Source: a virus (lineage: Duplodnaviria; Caudoviricetes). Taken from it: a stretch of DNA of 52,162 nucleotides. The notes beneath the pieces were generated by a model that was given only the letters and a program-made list of their open reading frames with translations, ran no database searches and was not told the DNA's origin. Below, in pieces: positions 1 to 8,360 of the stretch. Position numbers and translations under genes: made by a program. The number at the start of each line of letters is the position of its first letter. Position 1 is the first letter of the stretch. The stretch is taken from positions 1-52,162 of the IMG/VR virus record IMGVR_UViG_3300022227_000004. The stretch is one strand, 5' to 3'.

Positions 1-210
1 GTGGAAAAGGGAACCAACAAAGGCAAGCTCTATATAGCCAAGAACAGAATTGGATTAGATGGTAAGGTGTTTAATGTTGAATTCCATCCTGAAACTGCTC
101 AAATCAAAATAATAGAAATGAGCGATGATGCTGAATCAGATATTATTCACAACATTAAAACAGATGGAGGATTGGAAAACTTATTTACCAAATTTAGAGA
201 CGAGAGGTAA
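1..210 (+). CDS. C-terminal end of DnaB/T4 gp41-like replicative helicase (5' truncated by window)
   Basis: KLYIAKNRIG resembles the DnaB-family arginine-finger motif (xIAKNRxG); lies at the head of the replication block. Confidence 0.7.
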   Translation: MEKGTNKGKLYIAKNRIGLDGKVFNVEFHPETAQIKIIEMSDDAESDIIHNIKTDGGLENLFTKFRDER

Positions 211-213
211 ACT

Positions 214-420
214 ATGCCTATTCATGAATTTAAGTGTGATGATTGTGGAGAAATTTTTGACAGAATATTGACATTTGGAGAGTATGATTCTTATTCGAAG
301 AAAAATAAATTTTTGATGTGTCCAGAGTGTGAACATTTTAGTAATCAACATACTAAAATATTCTCAGGCAAAACTCATTTGAAGTTTGTTGGAAAATGGG
401 AGAAGACAGGAGGTTATTGA
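214..420 (+). CDS. FmdB-family zinc-ribbon protein
   Basis: MPIHEFKCDDCG...CPEC matches the MPxYxYxCxxCG...CPxC pattern; GAGG RBS upstream. Confidence 0.75.
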   Translation: MPIHEFKCDDCGEIFDRILTFGEYDSYSKKNKFLMCPECEHFSNQHTKIFSGKTHLKFVGKWEKTGGY

Positions 421-662
421 TGGCAGATATTTATAACATATTTAGAATTAACACAAGTGCAGAATATGCAATGCCTAGTTTAGTATTCTCAGGAAAGACT
501 ACTGATCATACATTGGATGAAGTAAAATCTATGTGCGCAAAAATTCTGCAAAAAGCAACAAGACAATACAACGAACATGTAAGAGTTGAATTATGGTTGA
601 GAAAATCAGCCGAACAATCTATGGAGACAGGTGATAAGCCTATACACGTAATTGAAAAATAA
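420..662 (+). CDS. hypothetical protein
   Basis: ORF 396..662; likely start is the ATG at 420 overlapping the upstream stop, with GGAGG upstream. Confidence 0.6.
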   Translation: MADIYNIFRINTSAEYAMPSLVFSGKTTDHTLDEVKSMCAKILQKATRQYNEHVRVELWLRKSAEQSMETGDKPIHVIEK

Positions 663-687
663 ACGAGAGGTTTGGAGATAATGGTAA

Positions 688-3096
688 ATGTCTGAAAAGG
701 TCGATAAGCTTACCGAATGGTATGATGGTGACAAATTAGCAGCAAGTGTACTGAGTGAAAAATATTTAATGGAAGATGAAGATTCTCCTGAAAAAATGTG
801 GAAGAGGTTGGCAAGGGAAGCAGCTTCAGTAGAATCAACAGAAATCAGACAAGATGTAAGAAAGCAATTCAATGAAGTACTAAAGGACTGGAAGTTCATC
901 CCGGGTGGGAGAATTAACTATGCTTTAGGTAGAACAGAAAATGTGTCAAATACAAATTGCTACGTGATACCTATTAGGAAAACTATAGATCATGAACGAT
1001 GGATGCAATCAGTGAATGACAATTCAGATTTTGATATAGCAGATAAAGATAAATATACAATAGAAGCAGATTCAATAGAAGGAATATATAATTGGCTTAA
1101 AGAATCAGCATTAACATACAGAGCAACAGGAGGCGTTGGAACAGATATATCAGTATTAAGACCCAAAGGCTCGGAAGTTAAGAATTCAGGAGGTATAACT
1201 CCTGGATCATTCTCCTTTATGGATCTTATGTCTAAGTCAACCCATACAGTTCATCAAAAACTCAGAAGAGGAGCTCTGATGATCACCATGAATATCCATC
1301 ACCCAGATATATTGGAATTCATAAAGATTAAAAAAATATTGGGTAAAATAAAGTTCGCTGAAAATCAAGGTGAAGGTTATAATGACTTATACAAGCTTGT
1401 AGAACATGCAAATATCAGTGTCCTAATAACAGATGAGTTTTTGCAAGCTTTAGAGAATGGAGAAGAATATGAACAACGATGGCCAGTTGAAGGCAAAGCA
1501 AAAATTAAGCATAAGGCAAATGCGAAAGAAGTTTGGGATGCCGTCATTGAGAACGCTCACCAACATGGAGAACCAGGGATCTTATTTATTGACAATCATA
1601 AAAAAGATGATGCCCTTTGGTATTGCAATCCTTGTGTTACTACTAATCCTTGTGGAGAACAGTTTTTAGGGGCTTACGGCAATTGTCTTTTGGGTCATAT
1701 GAATCTTGCAAAGTATGTAAAAAATCTTAAAGATAGTATAGAGCAAATAACTGAAGATGATTGGGTATTTGACTATAAATCATTTTGGGATGATGTTAGA
1801 GTAGCTGTAAGATTCTTAGATAATTGTATCGACTGGAATAATGGAAGACATGCACTACCTCAGCAAAATGAAGTAGCGCTTAATGAAAGAAGAATAGGAC
1901 TTGGCATCACTGGTTTAGGTGATGCCTTGATCCGTTTGCAGATCAGATATGATTCAGCTAAAGCTAGAGAAATGGTTGAGTTGATAATGGCAGGATTTAG
2001 AAATGCTGCTTATGATGCTTCTGTAAATTTAGCAAAAGAAAAAGGAGCATTTCCTTGGTACGAAAGCAAAAAGTGGATGAGATCTAAATTTGTAGAAAGA
2101 TGGATAGATGAAACAGCCTATAGCGAAAAAGAAAATGCAGCTCTTTATGAGAATGGAATTAGAAACTCATTCCTTCTAACTGTTGCTCCTGTTGGAAGTG
2201 GTAGTATTATTGGCCAGGTTTCTTCAGGTATTGAGCCATTGTTTGCAACTTCGTATACAAGAAGAGTAAGGCAACAAGATGGAAGTACATTCAAAGAATT
2301 CAAAACTTATCCTCGAATCATAGAAGATCTATTTGACAATGATGAAGATCTTCCTGAATATGTAGTTACTGCTCACGATGTAAATCCTAAGAGTAGAGTT
2401 AAGTTACAAGCTGTAATTCAGAGATACATAGACAATTCTATTAGCTCTACAATAAACTTAGCTGAAAATGTAACTACAAAAACTGTAGAGAATGTATATC
2501 TTGATGCTTGGAAACAAGGATTAAAATCTCTAACAGTATATAGAGATAGATCAAGAGAAGGTATCTTAATTCCTGATGAGCCTGAAGAAGAGAAGCCTAA
2601 GGTAAACAAGAAAAGGCCGTTGACTTTGTTTGGTCCAACCTACAAGATTCCGGTTGATGCCGAAAGAAAAGTCTACATTACAATTGGTGGTTTTGAAGAT
2701 CAACCAAATAAGCCTTTCGAGATATTCTTAAACACATACGGAAAGGACGATACTGAGTTAAAAACAATTTCAGTATTATTATCTTCATTGCTTAGACAGG
2801 TTGATGATCCTTCATTCATAATTAATCACTTGAAGAAAATTGAGTCTCCAAAGCAAGGCACATTTTGGCATGATGTAGAAGATAAGAGAAGATATTTCAT
2901 CAACTCTGTTCCAATGGCTGTCGCGATTGCTTTAGAAAAATTCATGAATAGAGTTGAGCCAAAAGAAGGAAATGGAACTAGTGAAAAAGATACATTAGAT
3001 CATGCAGAACAATGTCCAAAGTGTAGCGACATGTCTTATATATCTGAAGAAGGTTGCAATAAGTGTATGAATTGTGGTTATAGTAAGTGTAGTTAA
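688..3096 (+). CDS. nrdJ: class II (adenosylcobalamin-dependent) ribonucleotide reductase with C-terminal TSCPD-like and Zn-finger region
   Basis: FIPGGRI, NCYV, GGVGTDISVLRPKG, TNPCGEQ, APVGSGS/SSGIEP, YRDRSR; C-terminal CPKC...EEGCNKCMNCGYSKC; no adjacent nrdB. Confidence 0.93.
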   Translation: MSEKVDKLTEWYDGDKLAASVLSEKYLMEDEDSPEKMWKRLAREAASVESTEIRQDVRKQFNEVLKDWKFIPGGRINYALGRTENVSNTNCYVIPIRKTIDHERWMQSVNDNSDFDIADKDKYTIEADSIEGIYNWLKESALTYRATGGVGTDISVLRPKGSEVKNSGGITPGSFSFMDLMSKSTHTVHQKLRRGALMITMNIHHPDILEFIKIKKILGKIKFAENQGEGYNDLYKLVEHANISVLITDEFLQALENGEEYEQRWPVEGKAKIKHKANAKEVWDAVIENAHQHGEPGILFIDNHKKDDALWYCNPCVTTNPCGEQFLGAYGNCLLGHMNLAKYVKNLKDSIEQITEDDWVFDYKSFWDDVRVAVRFLDNCIDWNNGRHALPQQNEVALNERRIGLGITGLGDALIRLQIRYDSAKAREMVELIMAGFRNAAYDASVNLAKEKGAFPWYESKKWMRSKFVERWIDETAYSEKENAALYENGIRNSFLLTVAPVGSGSIIGQVSSGIEPLFATSYTRRVRQQDGSTFKEFKTYPRIIEDLFDNDEDLPEYVVTAHDVNPKSRVKLQAVIQRYIDNSISSTINLAENVTTKTVENVYLDAWKQGLKSLTVYRDRSREGILIPDEPEEEKPKVNKKRPLTLFGPTYKIPVDAERKVYITIGGFEDQPNKPFEIFLNTYGKDDTELKTISVLLSSLLRQVDDPSFIINHLKKIESPKQGTFWHDVEDKRRYFINSVPMAVAIALEKFMNRVEPKEGNGTSEKDTLDHAEQCPKCSDMSYISEEGCNKCMNCGYSKCS

Positions 3097-3144
3097 TTTA
3101 AAATTATATTCAGATTTATTATTATATATCCAAAGGAGAATTAT

Positions 3145-3414
3145 ATGAATGATAGTGAAATCCACCGGCAAGCACTAGAACCAAGCATTGACATCCAAGA
3201 ACCAAAAAAGAAAGTTTTCAAGCCAGGTCTCCAGTTCGAAGCCACGGTTTCAAAATTGGCAGCAAAATATAAAGATTTAGAAACTATTTTCAGACATATG
3301 AGTTTAGGTCAAATAAGCAAACATACAGAAAAAGATGGATGTATATATCACATAGACAAAGGATTGATATATGATTCTAACACGGGGGAGATAAATGAGC
3401 AACAACGAATTTGA
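3145..3414 (+). CDS. hypothetical protein
   Basis: 89-aa ORF with AAGGAG RBS. Confidence 0.6.
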   Translation: MNDSEIHRQALEPSIDIQEPKKKVFKPGLQFEATVSKLAAKYKDLETIFRHMSLGQISKHTEKDGCIYHIDKGLIYDSNTGEINEQQRI

Positions 3415-3985
3415 GTTATACCGAATGACCGATGATGATTGGTCTCAATTAGCTTATGAAGGAGAGCCTGTTTCTGAAGATTGGCAAGATGGTAGACAGT
3501 GCACATTGAATCACAGTGAATTAGATGAAATAGATGATCTTTGCAATATGTATTGCAATGAGAAATTTAAATTTGAGTATGCACAGATAGGAGGAATTTG
3601 TCAAAGATCATTTGAGAAGCTATTCGCAGGGAGTGTTGAGCCTACAGAACTATATGGAGAAGAAGATAAGAAATTTAAATATGATGGAAAATTTCTTGGC
3701 ATTAGATATGATCATAAGGGAATGAGATTGATACGTGATCTTCATAGAATTTTTATAGGCACAGATAAAAGTATAGAATATCAGATGAGATTAGGAATAG
3801 AAATGTATGCTCTAGGCTATATAGATCATGATCATGTATATACATTCGTTGGATTTTTAGATATCAGAGAAGCAAAGAAGCTAGATATAAAGATAGCTAA
3901 AGGAAAAAAGCTAAGATGTTTTGATCTTACACTGGATGAATCTGTCTATAGTTCGAATGGAATTAAATTGACAGAATGGAATTAA
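3395..3985 (+). CDS. hypothetical protein
   Basis: 196-aa ORF, GGGGAG RBS, operon packing. Confidence 0.65.
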   Translation: MSNNEFELYRMTDDDWSQLAYEGEPVSEDWQDGRQCTLNHSELDEIDDLCNMYCNEKFKFEYAQIGGICQRSFEKLFAGSVEPTELYGEEDKKFKYDGKFLGIRYDHKGMRLIRDLHRIFIGTDKSIEYQMRLGIEMYALGYIDHDHVYTFVGFLDIREAKKLDIKIAKGKKLRCFDLTLDESVYSSNGIKLTEWN

Positions 3986-3992
3986 ATTGACA
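3955..3992. repeat. perfect 19-bp tandem duplication GAATGGAATTAAATTGACA x2
   Basis: copies at 3955-3973 and 3974-3992, read directly. Confidence 0.9.
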
Positions 3993-4002
3993 AGAGTATA
4001 AT

Positions 4003-4938
4003 ATGAATTACATTTTGGGTGGAGGAGTTGCTGGAATGACTCTTGCACTCTACTTAAAAGATTTTAAAATTTTTGATGCTAATCCTATGGGCCAACTGAA
4101 TAGTAAGTATATTCTTGGCCCTAGACTCATTACTAAAGATGAGTACACAAAAGAATTCTTCAATACTTTTACTATGTCTTATTCATTGGATGTTGCAACG
4201 GCATATGTTGGTTATGAGAGTGATGGTCAAATATCAAGAGATCCTGATCATGATTTTAAGAAGAAATATTCTCTTATAACTAGAGGGCATAGTGATTATG
4301 AGCAGAGTTTTTTATCCAGTGGCCAAAATGCAATTGAGCATTATATTTTCAAGGGAGTAGATGATTCTTATGGTGCATTATTCCGTATCATAGAAGAAAG
4401 GCTTAGAAATAATTCTAGATTCATCTATAGAAATGTAGAAAAAATAGATATAAAAGATAGAACAGTTCACACAAGCAATATAGTTTATAACTATGATAAT
4501 CTCGTAAACACACTCAATTTTAAAATCTTCAGAAAATTATTAGTAAATAATACTCAATTATGGAAAGACAAATTAGAAACAGAATTAAAGTGTTTCTATG
4601 TAACCGAATATACTGCCGAAGATAGAAAATTAGCAAAAGATTATTACTACATTTATTCAGTAGATGGAGAATATACAAGAAGAACTTTTCAACATGATCA
4701 TGTAATTTATGAGACTGTTCAACCTCATCAATCTCCAACTGTAAATGGAGCTACAATAAATGGTGCTGGAATAATAGAAAAGATAGAGAATATCCCGATT
4801 CAAATAAAGAAGAGTTTGAATATCAAAAATGCTAAAGGAATTCCAATGTTTGGTAGATATGCACAATGGTCTCATAGAATTAAATTTAATGATTCACTTG
4901 CTGAAGTAGAGAGAGTGAGAAAGGCAGTTAATGGATAA
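4003..4938 (+). CDS. FAD-dependent oxidoreductase, UDP-galactopyranose mutase/amine-oxidase-like fold
   Basis: N-terminal Rossmann ILGGGVAG; C-terminal FGRYAQW resembling the GR(Y/L)AxW/Y motif of UGM-like flavoproteins. Confidence 0.65.
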   Translation: MNYILGGGVAGMTLALYLKDFKIFDANPMGQLNSKYILGPRLITKDEYTKEFFNTFTMSYSLDVATAYVGYESDGQISRDPDHDFKKKYSLITRGHSDYEQSFLSSGQNAIEHYIFKGVDDSYGALFRIIEERLRNNSRFIYRNVEKIDIKDRTVHTSNIVYNYDNLVNTLNFKIFRKLLVNNTQLWKDKLETELKCFYVTEYTAEDRKLAKDYYYIYSVDGEYTRRTFQHDHVIYETVQPHQSPTVNGATINGAGIIEKIENIPIQIKKSLNIKNAKGIPMFGRYAQWSHRIKFNDSLAEVERVRKAVNG

Positions 4939-5917
4939 GTCAGAAAAAATTAATCAATTAGATTCAATGTTTGAAGTACAATTAACATTCGAAGAAATGT
5001 TTTTGAGAAATAAAACAGGATTGAACTTAGATGATATAAGAAAGAATCCTGAAGTATTGTTGAAGTGGAATAAAGAATTCATTCTAGCTTTGATGAAAGA
5101 ATCTTCTGAATTATTGGATGGAATAGATTGGAAGACACATTCAGAAAAGAATGAAGAAGAGCTTAGAGATAATTTCTTAGAAAACTCTATAGATGTGATG
5201 AAATATTTGTTCGCACTATACACTATAAATGGATATTCAGCTGAAGATATTTATGACAAATTCATTTCAAAATCTCATGTAGTAGCAGAGAAATATCAAC
5301 AAGAAGACGTTCTTACTAGAATAAAAAGTTGCAAAGCAATGAGGTTGGCAATCATAGATATAGATGGAGTTCTATCTGATTATCCAAAATCATTTTTAGA
5401 GATGGTAAATGTAGATCCTCCTTATCACAATTATTCATCAGTTCCAGAACTTAGAGAATGCAACTTCAAATTATATGAAGACATGAAGCACAAGTATAGA
5501 ACAACTGGAGTCAAGAAAACTCTAAAGGTCAAGCCTGGTGCTATGAACTTTCTTAATAAACTATATGACCAAGAAATAGTAATCGTCCTATTAACAGCTA
5601 GGCCTTATAGACACTACTTGAGAATATATCACGACACGATTACTTGGCTTAAGGAAAACAATCTTGTATACGATGCAATAATATGGGAAAGTAGGAAAGC
5701 TGCATACGCTGTTAAACATTTAGCAAATCATGAGGTTGTATTATGCATAGATGATGAGATGAATAATGCAAATGATTTAGCTAAGGTGTTTAAAAATGTA
5801 CATCTTATGATTAATAACCAACTATACAGAAATGGTGAAGATTGCTTGAGCAAGGTAATGAATAGATTAGATCATAAAATAAAGGTTGTCAGATCATTTG
5901 ACGAAATAAAACTATGA
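4931..5917 (+). CDS. all-alpha dNTP pyrophosphatase (dimeric dUTPase/MazG-like) fused to HAD-family nucleotidase
   Basis: N-term KESSELLDGIDWKTH...ENSIDVMKY; C-term HAD motifs IDIDGVL, LTAR, IDDE. Confidence 0.8.
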   Translation: MDKSEKINQLDSMFEVQLTFEEMFLRNKTGLNLDDIRKNPEVLLKWNKEFILALMKESSELLDGIDWKTHSEKNEEELRDNFLENSIDVMKYLFALYTINGYSAEDIYDKFISKSHVVAEKYQQEDVLTRIKSCKAMRLAIIDIDGVLSDYPKSFLEMVNVDPPYHNYSSVPELRECNFKLYEDMKHKYRTTGVKKTLKVKPGAMNFLNKLYDQEIVIVLLTARPYRHYLRIYHDTITWLKENNLVYDAIIWESRKAAYAVKHLANHEVVLCIDDEMNNANDLAKVFKNVHLMINNQLYRNGEDCLSKVMNRLDHKIKVVRSFDEIKL

Positions 5918-6294
5918 AAGATTTATTGACGTTTTGTATTTATGAGTTCCCAGCGGCTGTCTATGACTTAAATCACTGGGAAGAAAGATTCGATCTTCAT
6001 ATAAAATCTAGAAGCATGAAGAATGATTCTTTTAGAATATATTACATGAATCCAAGAAATGATTCTCAAGAAGTAATAGCTTGCTGCCCAAATGCAATGT
6101 TTGATGAGGGGTATTCTCGTTTCTTGATTGAACTGCAATTTCCTGAAATAAATTTAGAAAATCATGAATTCAACAAGCTTCTATTATTTGGCAGCTTTAG
6201 AGGAATTCATGTAGCAAACATATTAGATTATGAAGAATATTTAAGAGTCAAATGCAAAAAGGAGAATGATGAGAGTTTACATTACAGGATCTAA
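5914..6294 (+). CDS. hypothetical protein in nucleotide-modification cluster
   Basis: ATGA overlap with upstream gene. Confidence 0.55.
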   Translation: MKDLLTFCIYEFPAAVYDLNHWEERFDLHIKSRSMKNDSFRIYYMNPRNDSQEVIACCPNAMFDEGYSRFLIELQFPEINLENHEFNKLLLFGSFRGIHVANILDYEEYLRVKCKKENDESLHYRI

Positions 6295-7282
6295 AGGATT
6301 CATTGGAAGAAATTTAGTAGCTGATTTAAAAGATCACGGCCACACAGTCTTGGGCGATGATGATCTTATAAGAAATAATGCTACAACAAGATTTTATAGA
6401 TCTAATTTAGATATTACTGATAAATTATCTACTTGGAAATCGTTGTTGCAAAATAATAACGTAGACGTTGTAGTTCATAATGCAGCTATAGTTGGAACTG
6501 ATGTTTGTGCTATGTATCCTGAAAAAACATTTAACACGAATGTATTTGGAACTTATAATATAGCGATGGCTTGTAGAGAAACTCATACACCAATTATCTA
6601 TATTGGAACTACAGTAATTTATGGCACTGATGCTTATCAAAAAACTCCAATTTCAGAAGAAAGTCAAATAGCTCCAAGAACTTTATATGCTAAAACTAAG
6701 TTCGAAGGAGAATGTTATGTTAGAGATATATGTAAACCCTCTCGCTTCTGTATAATGAGGCCATTGTTTTGTTATGGTGGGATTGGCGATATGAATAGTT
6801 TGATAGCAAAGTCTATTTTCAACTACCAGAAAAATAAAGACAATGATACAGAAGATAGAATAAGTATTTTTCTTGATCCATATAAGAGCAAAGACTACAT
6901 GCATGTTTCTGATTTTGTATGGGCAATTAGAGTTGCAATAGAAAATAATCTATATAGATCAAATGAAGATTTCAATATTTCTGTAATGAATCCTATGAGG
7001 ACTCAAGATATTGCATACGAGATAGATCATGTTTTAGGAGGGAATTCATCGCAATATATTGATTGGTTTCCTAAAACAGATTATCTAGGAAACCATTTAG
7101 CATTCAATGGTAAGTTTAAACATTATGTAGATAATGAATGGAATCCAATAATATCAGTTAGAGAGGGAGCCGAAATGTTCTTGTCTCAAATGATGTTGAA
7201 CAAAGATGAGGATTATGATCCACTAGAACACTTGAACAAGATCAAAGAAGATAAAGTCGACATAGAAAAATTTTATAAGTAG
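6266..7282 (+). CDS. NAD-dependent NDP-sugar epimerase/dehydratase (extended SDR)
   Basis: ITGSKGFIG (GxxGxxG), HNAA, catalytic YAKTK (YxxxK), DYMHVSD. Confidence 0.9.
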   Translation: MMRVYITGSKGFIGRNLVADLKDHGHTVLGDDDLIRNNATTRFYRSNLDITDKLSTWKSLLQNNNVDVVVHNAAIVGTDVCAMYPEKTFNTNVFGTYNIAMACRETHTPIIYIGTTVIYGTDAYQKTPISEESQIAPRTLYAKTKFEGECYVRDICKPSRFCIMRPLFCYGGIGDMNSLIAKSIFNYQKNKDNDTEDRISIFLDPYKSKDYMHVSDFVWAIRVAIENNLYRSNEDFNISVMNPMRTQDIAYEIDHVLGGNSSQYIDWFPKTDYLGNHLAFNGKFKHYVDNEWNPIISVREGAEMFLSQMMLNKDEDYDPLEHLNKIKEDKVDIEKFYK

Positions 7283-7290
7283 GAGAGCTA

Positions 7291-8358
7291 ATGTTTTATA
7301 GAGGGAAATTTCTAGTAATAGAAGGATCAGACTGTTCTGGAAAGAGTACTCTATTGCATGATACTTTTGATGGAGCAAGTGTGATCAACAAGAATACATT
7401 TATTCAAGATCGTGGAATGTCAACATCCGTAATATACCCAGAGGCATTGGGTCAAAAGGAGGTTGATATTTTTAGTTTGAGAAAAGCATTTGAAAATACA
7501 TTGCATTCAAACAGTCATTTCTATTTCTTTCTAGATACTCCATTCAAGGTAATTCAGAACCGAATGAAAGAGAGAGGTGATGATAGATACCCAGAAGAAA
7601 ATATGGATTTTCACAGAAAAGTGAATGATGCTTATAGAAATTTTTTCAATCAGTACTTAGATTATGGAAATGTTTTCAAGCTCCATCAACATGAAGATTA
7701 TTGCAAAGAATTAGTCTATAAAATTGACAAATTAGATCTTCTCTCAAGAGGAAGTCAAGTAGTTGCAGATTTAATCGTAGCTATGTATTCAGTTTATAAT
7801 CATCCGAATAAGAACATCAACAACTATAGATTCAACTGGCACTACAAAAATGCAGATGATTTTCAGGAAGATAATAGTCCAGTATATATCTTGAATAATA
7901 TTAGACAGTCGGATATGTCGAATGATATGCTGTATGAAGTATTCGGAAAACCTTGGCCCTTCGCGCACTGTTATAATATTGAATCAGTTGATGAAATACA
8001 AGAAAAAGAATTATACGAGCAATGTAAGATTTTAAATGATCTATATTTTAACTCTCACATTCAAATGTCTAAATATGGAGAGGGTAAAAATAGCAGAAGA
8101 TTCTTAGCAACTAATGATTCTTGCATGTCTTCGTTTCAAGTATTATTAGAAGATGATGCTATCAATATTATAGTCAATATGAGATCGGCCAGTATAAAAA
8201 ATAACTTTCCAGTTGATGTTGCATTTGTATATGAATCAGTTGGGAGCATACTTGCATTTTTTAATGACTACGAATATAGAGATTTAAAAATGAATATAAA
8301 TGAATTAAAAGTTAATATTAGTATTGACGTAGGATCATTACACTATCCAGAGGATTAA
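7291..8358 (+). CDS. dNMP kinase (thymidylate-kinase-like) fused to divergent thymidylate-synthase/dCMP-hydroxymethylase-like domain
   Basis: N-term IEGSDCSGKST P-loop and QDR; C-term SRR, NDSC (catalytic Cys), MRSASIKNNFPVD, GSLHY. Confidence 0.75.
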   Translation: MFYRGKFLVIEGSDCSGKSTLLHDTFDGASVINKNTFIQDRGMSTSVIYPEALGQKEVDIFSLRKAFENTLHSNSHFYFFLDTPFKVIQNRMKERGDDRYPEENMDFHRKVNDAYRNFFNQYLDYGNVFKLHQHEDYCKELVYKIDKLDLLSRGSQVVADLIVAMYSVYNHPNKNINNYRFNWHYKNADDFQEDNSPVYILNNIRQSDMSNDMLYEVFGKPWPFAHCYNIESVDEIQEKELYEQCKILNDLYFNSHIQMSKYGEGKNSRRFLATNDSCMSSFQVLLEDDAINIIVNMRSASIKNNFPVDVAFVYESVGSILAFFNDYEYRDLKMNINELKVNISIDVGSLHYPED

Positions 8359-8360
8359 GG

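Noticed and set aside
688-3096. Intein or intron in RNR (also considered for DnaE and terminase)
   Set aside because: Only a ~30-aa insert after NCYVIP in RNR; no intein splice motifs recognised and lengths are normal
3968-4002. Sigma-70 promoter TTGACA...TATAAT
   Set aside because: Spacers are 23 and 4 nt, not about 17, and TATAAT abuts the ATG
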